The notes: generated by a model from the letters alone, not told the origin. 61,820 nt of DNA, filler included, from Sphacelaria rigidula (GCA_964200075.2; 10 parts of 10 records of this genome joined end to end with filler, not necessarily neighbours in it), one strand, 5' to 3'. Shown: positions 25,773 through 39,535, counted from the whole stretch's first letter. Numbers and translations are program-made.

Positions 25773-26556
25773 CTATCCACTTCGCGTACGCGTACGACCG
25801 CGCACTGCGGGCGGTCGAATCGCCTGCCAGCTGTGGTTCTCGAACAGCTTCCTGCCCCCATCCACACAGGCACTCTTCCGCTCCACAAGGGATCGGTGCG
25901 GGTTCACCTCGGGTCGCCACAGCCATTCCACGGCGCCCATCGGAGCTGAACCCTCTTCGCCCAAGTCTGCAGATCCGTGACTGCCACCACTACCGCCACC
26001 GGTGGTCAACAACTGCTCCACGGTATCCATATCATCTTCGGCCTCTTCTGCGCAATAGCTCGTGATGACCACGGCTGCTAGCCGAGACCACGTCGGTGGC
26101 CGAGTAGCTGTCATGCCGACGAGCAGTTGTTTGAGCGTGGGGGTCCAATCGTCATATCCCCATAAGCCAGCATTGAAGAGGAACAGCACGTCAGGGTCAG
26201 CTTTCAGCCCAACAGAAACGTTGTGGTACAGGTCCGTATTGTACTGTAAAGTGACCTTGAGATGTTTGGAGCCGTCGCCGATACGCCGAGGACCTGTTGT
26301 CATGTAGATATTACCATCGACGTGAGAACCGGCGTTTTGTTTAGGAGAGACGTTGGCGCTGGTGGTGTTTTCTGTTGCATTCGAAGCTCCGGCGTACTCG
26401 GCGAGGTGGAAGTCGAACTTCGCGCCGTGCTGCTCTGCCGCAACATTCGGACCGCATAGAAAAATGTGGAGGGCCTCTACATTCTCGCAATAACACGCAA
26501 GGTGGTGAAAGAGCTTCTCGAATACGTCCCTTGTTTGCTCCGGCGTGTTACCTTCT
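25773..26556 (-). CDS. Exon 2 of an MSS51/ZMYND15 C-terminal-domain-like protein
   Basis: LHIFLCGP, DLYH, PDVLFLFNAGLWGYDDW, VVITSYCAEEA, PEVNPHRS and ENHSW; acceptor CTCAACACAG| at 26557. Confidence 0.8.
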
Positions 26557-27602
26557 CTGTGTTGAGGAGCGAGCAAAAATTTACCAATCGATGCACCGCA
26601 CAGGAGACGAGATGATGCTTAGGCGTCACTGAGGGTGTGGGAGCCGAGAGAAGACGTTGTGGGTTGCCGAATTCACATGAGGACAACGCGGCGAGCTCGG
26701 TATTCGCTCCTGCAAAACTGTGATCGCGTGGAGCACATTTACTGGGACTGGGTATTGGACCATTACACTGGCAGTATTACTGGTACTGGGAGTGTATTGG
26801 CAGTGGGAAAAGAGCTGTCAGTACTGCCAGCGCTTTTCTGTTTACGAAGGTTCCATGACAAAGTTTCATTATTCAACGGAAACTCATGTAATTGCGCCAT
26901 AGGTGGAGCCAAATCGCGTGAAAATGCGCCTCTGGCGGGGCTCCTCCGCGGACCCACTGGCTGGATCCAGCTCCCTGGCTGCTGACATATATTTGCTGGC
27001 TGCGCCAGTACCCAGCACTAAAATTTACCCGTCAAGACGTGCCCTGCACGCCTGTGTGTACGAGTGACCACATGACGACCAAACTGACGTGTGCCCACCG
27101 ACTCGTTCCCAGCCTGCGCTTGGTTTATCCTTATTATGGTGTTCCATGCCACGTCGGGAGATGCTTGATCGTACAAGCAAGAGACGCCCAGGTTTCGAAG
27201 GCATATAAAGGTTCGATTGCTACGCAATGTGTGAGTGCGCCTCGCTGTTGCTTACCTAATCCACCACAGGGCAAGCGCAGACCCGGAGTCAAGATCAGCC
27301 GGTATCAAAGGGTGTGACATCCTTATGACATCCTTACACTTTCGTATGACGTCCAGACACCTGTAACGATGTCATACCCCTTGGCCGATATGAACCACCG
27401 CCACAGATAGTACAACCATGTTGTCCACGTCGGGGCTGTAGCAATGTTTCTTGTGAGCGTCTTGAGGATACCCCCCCAAGCGGAGGGCACGTGGGGCCTT
27501 TAAAGTTTTTTTTTTTTGTAAATATCCAAGATACAACGTCCGGTACGTCACAGAAACCCTCCCGATAAGATACAACATATGCGCGATGCTGGCACAACAA
27601 AC

Positions 27603-27766
27603 CTGTGATCGGCACCGACGATGTGCAGCACCAGGGAAGACGGCAAATTCCTGGGACTCCCGTATATCCTCAGTAGTGAGTGATAAATAGTGGAGCTACG
27701 TGTCAACCGGACGCTATCGCTTTGGTCGACGGCCCAAGTAGCGGCTGCGCTGTTCCCCTCGGCCAT
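27603..27766 (-). CDS. Exon 1 of the same gene: complement(join(25773..26556,27603..27766)), 315 aa
   Basis: MAEGNS...LVLHIVGADH, then AG|GT phase-2 donor; splicing rebuilds LHIVGADHREGN; total 948 nt in frame. An alternative in-frame ATG lies at 27832. Confidence 0.8.
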
Positions 27767-30700
27767 TACCAACCAAAGGTGACTGCGCCGAAGTACGCGG
27801 CGGTGTCGCCACGGCAGTAGCGTGATGGTCATATTCTACGACTTGACAGCATGCTCATCTTTGAGTCGTTGTTGAAACGGCAGGTGTTGGACCGAGTTTT
27901 TTTGGAAGGTTTACAAATTTCAAATTTCCTGGCCTACTGTTTCTTCGTTACGACGGGGACACGACACACCTCCACGCCGCGTGCACCGCAGCGACAGTCT
28001 TAAAAACATGTAGCCGATAAAGCAGCTGTTGCATAATTGTCTCACATTCGGCGAAGATAGGATGGAAAACATCCAAGCATCGCGTTCGTAAATCTGCCTC
28101 ACATGTCATATCATTGTTGTCTGGACGAAACCCCACAGCCACGCGATTCTGTCCTTCGTTGAGCATGTACTGGGGTATGGGGTATACTGTCTGTACTGGG
28201 GCATAGGGCCACCTTGATTACCGGACAATCAACTGCACCATCACAGGTACGATTAATCGAATTCAATCATAAGTATCAACACGGATAAATTATCTACTCT
28301 TCGTACGGTGGTGTGGTTTGCGCTGTCCCCACGATCGAGCGTCGTCATGAAAGTCTACCGTACAAATTGTGGTCCAGTTGGGGTCGTCATCCTTCGCATT
28401 CACGGCACCCACTGCTTCTCGACATTTTCCTGTATATTCAAGGCTGTACATGAGTGCTGACGGAAGGTTTCGAAGATTTAAAAGATTTCCGTGTAGGAGT
28501 GAGCTACGAGTATCAGTAACTGACGCAGGCCTACCCGAAGATTTCCAGAGTCATGCTCTCTCTGACAAATGGTCGCAAGCCCTTGGCGCCATTGGCGTCC
28601 GAACGAAGGAGGCACAAGAGCTCGCATATCACACGCCTTCGGTTACAACAGCTTAGCTGCAAGAAGGAAGGTTGCTTTCATCTGTCGTTTTAGGCAAGGC
28701 ACAAGGATATTCATTTTCGGGGTAAGGCCGCGGATGCTATGACACACAGATTTTTGCCCCACGGATTGTTCACTTTTGGAACGTTTGACCCACATTTTGA
28801 CCCTCAAACAGAGAAAACCGCCAACACGTCTCGGACACTTTGCATCATCCCACAGAGAGGAGCCTAGTTTGCTTCTCAGATTCGCTTGGCTCCGAGGTTT
28901 CGAGATTGACCGCTGAACAAAAATTCGTGCGCAAAAATCTGTGCTTGCCGACCCCCGCAAGTTTGACAGCTGGGAAATGCGTACGCTTCGTTCATTCCGC
29001 ATGAGTGTTAGATGCGAAACATGTACGCATGTTGCATGCTGTATGAATGGCAGGTGAGAAAGATGCACGTTCGATTCATGCAATGTGAGTCACTGGTGGG
29101 AAGCGAGAACGAACCCCGCTCTCATAGGAATCGAGCAATGGGAACTCGGGGTCGCGAAGACGCAGACAGAGTAGCGTCTTCCATGCCTTTTTTGAGACTC
29201 AGGTTCTCAATTACCAATTTCTCAAGCGGTTGCGCCACCTGTACCAGAATCGCGAACAGAGCATTTTGTTATTTCGGACCTATACCCGGACCTTCTCTTA
29301 CCGTGCTATGCCTCACGTTTAAAGAGGTGCACATCACTGCAGTCTTCAGTCGTGATTTCGCTCGGCCAATGGAAAATTTTAGAAGTTCGCCGGAAGAGAT
29401 GCAGCAAAAAATCGCGTATCGGCGCTGCCATTTCATCGCCTAGTCACTGTCATCATCTTGTCAATCGTCCGGTTTGCTGCTCAACCCTCAACATCATCAC
29501 ACCGAGGTACGCCACCAACCACTCGCTGCGCAAAGAGTATGTATCACCTCTGATTTTCGACCGTTGTTACACTCGCGCTTTTACTGTATCATCCTTTGCG
29601 GAACCAACGCACGTAGTCCTATAGTGACGACCGCTTACCAATTAACAGCAAGGCAACAGCCGACCGCCGCTCATCCCAACCTTGCAAACTTGGTGAGCAC
29701 TGGCAAGAACCGTCTGCTTTCACATGGTCAAGGAAGTGCGGCACAGCACTACGTTCAAAAACCTGTTGCTGCTATATCGAAGTATGCAAGACGTCTCGGA
29801 ATGTGTGGCGACACTCCATAACGCCTGGCGTACCTAACCTGCCCGCTCTTAATAAAACACAAACAAAACGTGACAATCTGATCCCCTCTTCCTCTAACTA
29901 AAAGAAGCAATCATTCTACTACGCGAGATCTGGACGCTGAAACTACCGCGACCTGGCACGATCACAATATTTACACATGATGCGGATACTCCGACCACGA
30001 CAAAAGAGGTCGAACCTCTGTTCCACCGCGTAACAGCAACCACTTTTAATCCACACCTGAGACGCATGTGTACCCAAATGAACCTTTTTCACAAACTGTG
30101 CAAGACACCGTACCGACACATGACCAGATAAACACGAATGACGGCACATGAGACCTTGAACTATTGCCTCCCCGTACATGGTAATGGAAACGTTTTGGAA
30201 CCATTTGGATGCCCATTACGTACAACAAAAAACGCTGCGGCAAGTACACGCCGAAAAGGCACAAGTCCGAGAAAAAACCAAACACGAAATGTTGCCTTGA
30301 CTTTCGAAACATCAACATGTGAATACAGTACGCCCTGTAGGCACACAAAAGCAGATGTCACCCACCCATATCTAAATGGAGCATAACACACAATAGGATG
30401 GAGAGCCGGCAAGCACCTGTACCGGTGGAGGTGGAAGCCACATGAGCTTGGCAACGATTTACAAAGATAAACAAAAATCAGACTTTACAAAATGAACACC
30501 ATTCGATCAACACTTGGCACATTCCTAGACGCAAGTCGACCTCCGGGTGTAACCCTGTTTTTACAGCACAGCCGTGCTGTCGGGATCGGATGCAGATCTC
30601 GCTCTTCCCCTCCGCAGTAAAAATGTAGACATCCACGACGTTTGGGGGTCACGGAGTCGCTGCACCTCAGCAGACGTGCACGTTCGCAGCACCCTTACGA

Positions 30701-30811
30701 ACAGACACACGAGACCTAACGAAGCGGTATCTATGAACAAAAACACCCAAACCAAGATCCTGCAGTTTCGATGCCGACGTAACGTGAGCATCGCAGGCGG
30801 AGGTCAGGGGC

Positions 30812-30843
<32 letters not shown>

Positions 30844-31338
30844 AGCAGGTGCGCTTACGANNNNNNNNNNNNNNNNNNNNNNNNNNNNNNNNNNNNNNNN
30901 NNNNTTAATTAATTAANNNNNNNNNNNNNNNNNNNNNNNNNNNNNNNNNNNNNNNNNNNNGGGGGTCCACCCCTCCAAAGCCGGGACGGAGCACGCCGGG
31001 TTCTCGCCGGACCAGGTTAACCAGGGGGACGAAGAAGCCGCAGTTGCTCGGGTAAGAAGAGCCATTTCAATGACCTCGACGTAGTTTCGAAAACCGAACT
31101 GTTTTGATTTCATACAGCAGCTGTCCCGAATTTGGGTATATAGTAACATGTTCTCACTAGCTGTGCAGATGGAAGCCAGCAGAGTAGAGCAACGAAAGCT
31201 CCAGATTGCAGCTGACGCACCCCTCTGCCCCACGATAGCAACAGTTAGGTCACCACTATAGGTATATATTTGTCATTCCGCACGTCAAGAAGGTCTCCAC
31301 AAGTTTTTGATCTCTCTCAACCCCCCCAACTGGCCTCA

Positions 31339-31710
31339 TAGACTTGTCTGGAATCAGAACAAGGTCTGAGCGCTTGCTCCAAAGGCTTCCTCCCCAGCAG
31401 GGCTTCAGACACTTCAAGACAGAGCAGTTATACAAACAGTTGTCTTCATTAAACCGGAAGTGAGCTTCATGGGCTTTCCTCACGAACACGAAATGTTACG
31501 CATCCAATAGTCATCCTCCAACCAAATCCCCGATCACCCGCATATCTACATGTTGCATGTGTACTATATGTGGACTACTCTACAGCACCCTCCGAAACTT
31601 CGCACTACTCGAAGTAGAAAGCGATTTTGACAGAACAGTAGACACCGACAGTACCCTACGATGTCAACCAGAGACAAGCATTCAACATCAGACCGCATCA
31701 GGTCAAATCA
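31339..31710 (-). repeat. Putative 3' LTR of the Gypsy element; boundaries approximate
   Basis: Its first ~62 bp on the plus strand are nearly identical to 36917-36979; a G-run PPT candidate lies at ~31716-31723 on the minus strand. Confidence 0.6.
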
Positions 31711-34700
31711 CGATGCCCCCCCCAATATTATCCTAAAACACCAGCACGAGCTACTGCAGCATGTTAGGCAAACGATAACCAAGCGGAATACTCAACGAGC
31801 ACCAAATTGCATAGTAGAATCCACGAACTACGCCAACAGCCAAGCACAGCTTGAAACCCAACCAATCAGAGCTTGAGACCATACTCAGTCGGCAAACGCG
31901 CCCGTACCTGCTTTTTTAGTCGCAACTTACGCAATTCAGAACGTACAAACTGCGGGGCTCCTTCCAAAATGGTTTCCAGTGGCTCCCACGAGCTCTCGTC
32001 CTTGCCGGAACCTACCCATTCCACGTCTACAACGAACTCATCACCCTCTTGAGCCTCGGACGAGTCAATGATCGCCTTCATTTCGAACTCTTCTTGAGCA
32101 AACGCATCCTGGAACACTTCCTTCAGATCCGCAGTGACCTCCAGCTCCTTGTCAGCGTAGTTCTGTAGACGGGCGACATGCGCGTCCTTCACCTCTCCGT
32201 TGACGATCTTCTGAATCTCGTACACATGCTGATGGTCCGCTGCCACTATTCTCCACGGTCCTGTCCACGTACTGACGAGTTTCGGCGTTGTGCCGGAACG
32301 TCCAGCTCTCGCCGCCAACACGTAATCACCAACCATAAAATTAGGCAACTATCCCCTACTGGCAACACGTCGCTGTAACTCACGGGTCTTCTCCACGCGC
32401 TGTGCCACCTCCTTATGCAGCTCTTGTTGCGCCTCAACAACTGACGCCACCTTCTGCCGCAGCCTGTCTTCATCCAGCACATCAAGTCGCCATTCGCCGC
32501 CAGTCGACGGGGCCAGTGTCGAAAAAATCGTGCGCGGCGCGCGTCCAAACATTACATGGTAGGGGGCTCTGGCATATCGCTCGCGGAATGCCGTATTCAA
32601 CGCTCACTGCACCGTAGGCACCAGTCCCACCCAGTCACGAACATCGCGCCGCTCGTCTTGAAGCATCGACTTCAGAGTACGGACAACTTCTCGCATCATC
32701 CGTTCACACGTCCCCTTGGACCACGGCGAATTGGCAACCGTGAACCTCCTGTCCGATTTCAGCGCCTTTTCTAGCGCTCGCATCACACGGTTTTTGAAAT
32801 GCGACGCGGTATCACTAACCCAAACCTCCGGTGGGTCCAAAGTTTTGCACCACGTCAACAAATGCTGCACCGTCAAGGCAGCAGTGCAAGATTCCGTGGG
32901 TTCCAACCACACGAAATTGCTCAGATCTTCCATCATCACCAAACTGTACTTGTATCCATCGCCTTCATCCAATCCGCTCTTGCCCGAGGGATCACTCTCA
33001 CCAACGTAGAGATGATTCAAGTGCATCACCTCACCGGGTCGTGTACCATGAGCGGTCTCCCCTAGCGGTCGCGGGACCATCTCCCCAGCTTTCGAATCCA
33101 TGCAGTGTAAGTATTTTTTTCACGAGATCGGTAACGTGAGCTTCCATCTGGTACCGACAGTAGTATTCCTGTAATCGTTGCAATGTGGTCACAACCGCGC
33201 GTTGGGGTGCCCCCTTCATGTGAGCACACACCATCAAACGTGTTTGCAATTCTTTGTCTCGCGGCGGGATCCACAACACATGCTTATCTGCGACGTGCAC
33301 GCGAAACAAGCCCTCACCGTCTTTCGAAACGCGCCCAATAGCGGCAGTAAACGAGGTAGCTCCATCAACGATCACCCCGAACCCTACGCAAGCCTGCTCT
33401 TGAGCTGCTGGAATGTCGCCCTTTGACGGTAGTGTGTCATCCGGCTCAACACTCGCGAATACCGCCAGAGCACGAACAGACACCGCCGGAACATTCACCC
33501 ACCTTGACAGCAAGTCTCCCCAGCAGTTCCGTTCCCCAGAAATGTGCTTGATAGTGTAATCATACTGCCCGAGCACAGCCTTCCATTGCTCGAGTCTCTG
33601 GGCAACAGTCTCAGACAACGATGCCACGCACGCCTCAGGATTGAAAATGTATGCCAAATTACGATGGTCAGTGAAAACATGCACTCCGCCCCACAGCAAA
33701 TACTCCAATCTTCCGAATGTACTCACAATGAAGTGGCCTTCTTTATCCACCGTAGTCCATCGAACTTGTTCCCCACGAGCAGTCCCACTAAGAAACCCCA
33801 TCGGCTCGTGACTCATGTCTTCCACCTCCAGCGGCCCATCCAACTCAGCGCTCGGCACCTGCGTAAAAAAACTGCCCCAATGTAGATCCGATGCATCTGA
33901 AAACATCAGCACGTCATACCCCTCCTTCGGATACGACAAAGCGACAGCATGCGCCACCAAATCTTGAGCAGCATGCCACGCCTGACCCCGCTGAAATGTC
34001 CACGCCGAATCTTCGATTATACGGTTGGACGCCACTCGCTGAGTGCGGCGGACGTTTCCCCACAGACGTTCCTCCAACAGCTCAGGCAGCGGCTCCACCG
34101 TTTCCGCCAAACGCGGTAGAGATGTACGATGCCAATTGACAGCCTGCGAAAACTGCATCAGCTCACCCGCCGTACGTGGGCGACGCATGTTGGCTAGTCG
34201 GTCGCGATCATGAGCAACCTGTCCACCTGAAAAAACCTTCCCACACCACGTGATCTGCGTATCATAAAACATGCACTTGTGCGCAGCAGCAAACAGAACA
34301 ACGTCTTCAAATCAGCCCAAAATCGCGTCCAGCGTGCGCAGCCAGTCATCCTCATCTTTCCCCCACCACAAAAGATCATCAACCCATACCTTGCAGTCGA
34401 GTCCAGTCAACAGTCCCATCATTATCTGTTGAAAATATCCGGTAGCGTTGAGCACGCCTTGCGGCACCCTCGTGGACGTGAAACGTCCGTCGGGAGTCGC
34501 AATGGTGAAACCTTAATGGGCTTCAGCCGCTAGCGGCATCTACCAGTACCCCTGTAGCATGTCAAGCTTCCCAAAACACGATGCACCCAACAAATCGACC
34601 ATTTCCGTCTCATGATTTGGCATGACACTGGGAACCTTCTCGAGCTGCCGGTTGACTGCTCTGTAATCACTCACCAGACGATAGCTGCCCTCCTTGGGCG

Positions 34701-36979
34701 CAGCCATAGCTGCGCTTGCCCACACCGCATTGCGGAATACCAACCCCAGCACCACCAGCGTGGCCATGCACCCTGCCAACCAGCTCTTCTTCACTGAAGA
34801 GTGTATTCTCGGGCTCGCCTTGACTGCTTTAGCCCCCGGGTTGAAGCGTACCTGCAAAGGCTCCACGCGAGCAGGCGGGTCACCGCGCAACGCTCGACGA
34901 AAAGCATCGATCCGACGGCCGACAATTTCTCGGAGCTTGATCACACCGTTCTCCGACATGACATTATCCGCCGCAGCTTGCACCGCCTCCTCGAGCGCCA
35001 CTTTGCGCTCAACAAGCTCTTGCTCTGGTGGCATACACATATCCAGACCCCGTGACACCAATCGCTCGACAGATGGATCCACCGGTTCCTCGTGACCGCT
35101 GGTCTCCTGGACCTCCTCCACCGCGAGACTCACACGCCTGCACTCGTGGAACTCAGGCGCCTTGATGCCCCGCAAAGAAAGGTGTTGTGCTTGCGTGCAT
35201 GCACCCAGATCATTGTAGATATTGATGCCGATTTTCGCCAGAGTTTTGCTCCCGATAATAACAACATCATCAGCGCCGGGCATAATCGCATGCTGGCAGG
35301 GCTCAAGCACCACCAGTCCCCAGCTCGTGTGGAGTGCCGTACAAACCAGACACGTTTTTGAGTGCATGGTTTTTACGTTACCGTCAGCCAGTCTTACAGG
35401 GTGTCCACGTGCCATTGATGTGACAATTGATACTTCAGGAAACGCGTGTTCCAACTGGGTCGCCACCCGTTCAGACATCATGGTTATTCCAGCTCCAGAG
35501 TTCAACACAGCCTTGACCAGACAGACTGTCTGTACGGCGGAACCTGGGGCAGACAGATCAGCTCGGCAGCATTGCTGCCTATTTTCCACGTCCAAACCCT
35601 CGGCCTCCAGCTCTGCCACCTCGGAAGCAGTGTGTAAGCCCCGCCACGCCGGCACTGCCGCCGATGTCCATTGCGGAACTGTTTCTGTCGATGGCGGAGG
35701 CTGTACTGTAGAGCCGGAACAGTCGGCACGGGCTGCAACGTACTATCAGCACCGTTGGTGCCCCCTTGACGACCATCCCCTGGAAAAACAGCCCGGGTAG
35801 GGGTAGGACCCTGGCTCCCGCCCCGCGGAGCTTGCGCCGTTTGCTATTGTTGTTGCTGCGGCTTTACGTGTCCACCACCCCCACCTCCGGTAGCTGTAGG
35901 CGTGTTTTTCTCCTCAGTCTTTCCTAAAATGACCTTTGTCCCCACACTCGAAATATCCTGCATAATCAGGGCCGGGTCTGCGAGATTTTCTGGATTTCGA
36001 TCCGCCATCACCGGATATAACCGTCGCGGCTGCGGCGCTAGCTGCCGTCGCCAGTTTCTTCTGTCCTTGCAAACTCACCTCCTTGTTCTGTGGAGCGGAC
36101 CTGCGCTGCTTATCAACCTCCCCGACAGTTCGCCACAGTTCCGCCACCTCACGAGCGACATCGTACACAAGTTTCGGTTGCTCCACTCCCCCGTCATTTG
36201 CAGTTTGTTTTGGACTTTATTTTTGAATTCCAGAGGGGTCAGGTCAGTAATCATTGCTCTAGTAATGATGTGTGCCTTTATATGTACGGTCCATTTCGCG
36301 GAAAACACGCTCTGCACCCTCATTCTCCTTGAAATATTCTTGCAAGGCACTCCACTGTCCTTCCACTCGACGCATGGCAGTTGAATCGGATCGTGCAGCG
36401 AGTGCCTTTTCACACCGGCTGCGGCCTCAGTTGGATCCATTTCCATTCCTACCCAGCATTTCGCATGCCGTGCGATCCCTTCCCTAGTTCGGGCGTTAGA
36501 GAGCTTAGTGCCATCAAAAATAGTGTCCGACAAACAATCTTGTACATGCCGAGGCACTAGCTCCTCCATGGTCAACCGTTCGAGTTTTGTTTCGTCGCAA
36601 AACGGCTTGTTCGTACTCCTGATTTTGCTGCAGAAACCGTCGCGATGCTTGCTCACTGAACAAGCGCCCATACTCAGACGTCTTGAGCGATCCCCCCGCA
36701 ATCAAATCCGTCACATTGAACTTCATCTATTCGTTGGCCCCCTCCTTGTCAGAGCTGGACTCCTTGCTCACTTTCGTTCGCGCCATCTTTCAAATGCTTC
36801 CTGCACTCCGTGCTCCGTCGTATCTACCCCCCTGTGATTCAACGAGCGTCCTCGCGGTTTTCAGGGTTCAGCGACGCCGTTTAGAAACCACACGTTTCTT
36901 GAGTTAACGTTTACTGTAGACTTGTCTGGAATCAGAACAAGGTCTGAGTGCTTGCTCCAAAGGCTTCCTCCCCAGCAGG
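31339..36979 (-). mobile_element. Near full-length decayed chromodomain-bearing Gypsy LTR retrotransposon
   Basis: Order gag (degenerate knuckle YFECGDKGHFRKD), protease (VLNSGAG), RT (KLDMLQGYW, KVWVDD), RNase H (FSDAS, VFTDHRNL, NCWGDLLSR), integrase (WVSDTASHF, KGTCER), GPW module, chromodomain (VEWVG...SSWEPLETI); terminal direct repeat at 31339-31400 and 36917-36979. Confidence 0.93.
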
Positions 36980-37052
36980 TGCTCCGTCTCGAAAGGGATG
37001 CGTGGTCAATGGTCAAACGACTAAGGCAAGCAACAAATGAGTACGCCCCCCC
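36978..37052 (+). mobile_element. 5'-truncated LINE 3' end (family D1) inserted in the 5' LTR
   Basis: GGTGCTCCGTCTCGAAAGGGATGCGTGGTCAATGG...AAATGAGTACG-C run; LTR identity stops at the junction. Confidence 0.8.
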
Positions 37053-37152
37053 NNNNNNNNNNNNNNNNNNNNNNNNNNNNNNNNNNNNNNNNNNNNTTAA
37101 TTAATTAANNNNNNNNNNNNNNNNNNNNNNNNNNNNNNNNNNNNNNNNNNNN

Positions 37153-37241
37153 AGAAGGAGGAAGAAGAAGAAGAAGAAGAAGAAAAGGAGGAAGAGGAGG
37201 AAGAAAAAGAGGAGGAGGAAAAAAAAGAGAAAAAAAAAAAA

Positions 37242-37272
<31 letters not shown>
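37153..37272. repeat. GAA/GAG purine microsatellite
   Basis: Visible directly. Confidence 0.95.
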
Positions 37273-38588
37273 TAGTACGGGAGGGGGCGGACGGGGACGT
37301 GAGGATCGCAAAAAGCGCGGCAGGTCTTGTTCGGTAGACAGCGCAGCGGGGGAGGCGGCTAAATCTATCCTGCCCCCTATAAGCCAGCGTGGACGTTTGA
37401 GGCACCCGAAAAGGCGATTCTCTTGTGATTCTTGGAGGCCTGTGTAGTCTAAGTAGATAGTCGTGCGGGTGGCGTATTCCACACAGGGTCTGCAACTTAG
37501 CTTATTTACGAATGTACAATGCACAGCATTGTTTGTTTATTTCTCGCGTAGTAGTCTTTCTGCTTGCCAATGAGCGTATCCTGACGATCAACACTATTAT
37601 GCAGCAGTTTACATCAAGGCTTGCACGCTCCATATCATTGTCGACTGCAATTTCCATAGGTAGTCGAAAGTGACCGCGGGTCAGACAAGTTCGGCTCGAT
37701 TGTAGCAGCCACAACCTTCACGGCTGCCAGCACAAGAAGACTGCCACGCAAATGTCGCGAAACATGCTTGCTGCTTGCCCCTTTAAAGATCAAAAAGAGT
37801 GCAAGATGGGTTGCAACTAAGCGGCACAAGTCTACTGTAGAAAACGTCGACTGCGTCCGTCGAAAGTGACTCGGGTCAGCGCGATATTACCCCCCCCCCC
37901 CAGCCCCCACCCCGCTGTCCCCCTGCACGTTTATTCATCGCGCACACACACGGTTAATGCCACCTTCCAGCGCACGAATGTGTTTGGCACCTCAAGACCA
38001 AGTCTCAAGACAAACGCGGCACATGGCGGCAAAATACCAATTATTGAAAATTTACGTGTTTTTGTTTGAAAAATCCGGCCGAAAAAGGGGGTTTGTAGGG
38101 GATTGGGATCGGTCATTTCCAATCCTGATGTACCCCTGCCCCAAACACCATTATTATCTTTGGGCTTTCTGTCTGCTGCAGAAGCTAGTGTTCTAACTAC
38201 CACTGTGCAGCCTCTGCTATGCTACTGTCTTCGCGACAGTATTCGGTCTGTTTCGAGAACAGTACCAAACGCCACGAGTCACAAAATATTTCCAACAGGC
38301 CACAATGGTGGAAATAGCAGACAAAAGGACGTTGAACTTCGCCGCTGTAGCCCGTGTGATCCAACACACGTAACACGTACTGTATGGTACCTGAACCATG
38401 TACTGTATCTCATATTTTTACAGCTGTGTCTGTGCTTACATCGTGGGTACGAGGGACGACGGAACAGTCAAATATCAAACCGGCATGTGACGGTTGCCAA
38501 CATACCTGCTTCCAACACCGGCCACATACGCAACAACCTGCAAGGCAACATGGTCTTCGTAGAGGGACGTACTCTACTTTTGCCTCAC

Positions 38589-38660
38589 CAGTTAGTTTGT
38601 TCTTCCACAGGATCAGCTTCCGAAGACGACCGAGGCGAGCCAACTCCCGCGGGATACCAC
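38589..38660 (-). CDS. 72-bp phase 1-1 exon encoding one 24-aa plant-specific-type LRR (GGIPRELARLGRLRKLILWKNKLTG)
   Basis: TGGTCAG| acceptor and |GTGAGG donor; exactly 72 nt; fits GxIPxxLxxLxxLxxLxLxxNxLTG. Confidence 0.92.
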
Positions 38661-39535
38661 CTGACCAGGCGAGGGGGATCATACCAAGGACAGAACACAA
38701 CTACATTACGTACTGTCACCAACGAATAGTGTCATGACCACTTCAGGGCGAATGCAAAACAGTCCACGTGTCGATCAAGTGCCAAACACACCATCCTCAA
38801 AAAGCGGGGAGAAGCGGATCTCGGTATAGCCATACCTACGAGTGACACGGGTGGCGACCAATCATGGATACAAACGCTCTAGTGCTCCCGTCGAAATTTT
38901 ACTTAGATCAGCCACAATATCGCTTTTGACACAGACCATATGCAGCAGGGAGATGTCCCCGTTGGGAGACACCGAGTCGACATATAAAAGGTGCGATTTG
39001 TGCTTGCTCCATCAACAGTGAACGGCACACCCAAGGCATAGCAAGTGCACAGCAGCATCATCGAGGAAGGCGTCTTTGGTGGCGGGTTCAAGCCACGTCA
39101 GTGCGTGTCGTGCCGCCTCATTGTGTGGTGTGCCCTTGTGGATGTGCTGTGCTTTGTAGTAGAGGCAAGGTACCTATTTCATCAACATCAACGTGGTGCC
39201 GAGCGCTGGATTGATAAATGAGTGGCTGCACATGTCCTCGATGATTTTTGTGAAAATCTCCAATAAGGAAAAATTCTGTAGATGGACACACTACGAGAGA
39301 CAGCCCAACATGTTCTGTTCCTCCCTTTACACTTGTAAGCCTTTCCCCTCCTCCAGACGAGTCCGTACTATTCCTAACCCATATCCTCTAACGTGGCCAA
39401 TACATTCTTATCGCGGATTGGATTAACATTCCTGCACCGCGTCACCTTTCGTCAGCAATTATCCGCTGCTCACGAGCGCACATTCTCAACGATATGTATC
39501 ATATACTCCTCGGAAAGTAAAAGCGTGTATTAGAT

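Noticed and set aside
29943..30454. Possible integrase zinc-finger remnant on the minus strand
   Set aside because: Only a vague resemblance; no intact HHCC or DDE motifs.
36978..37052. Family D repeats as hammerhead or HDV ribozymes
   Set aside because: No CUGANGA/GAAA core with the required stems and no HDV nested pseudoknot; better explained as LINE C-terminal codons.
37105..37524. Poly-Ser/Phe ORFs, and most short or antisense ORFs in the track
   Set aside because: Products of microsatellites, N runs or the antisense strand of TE and host coding sequence.
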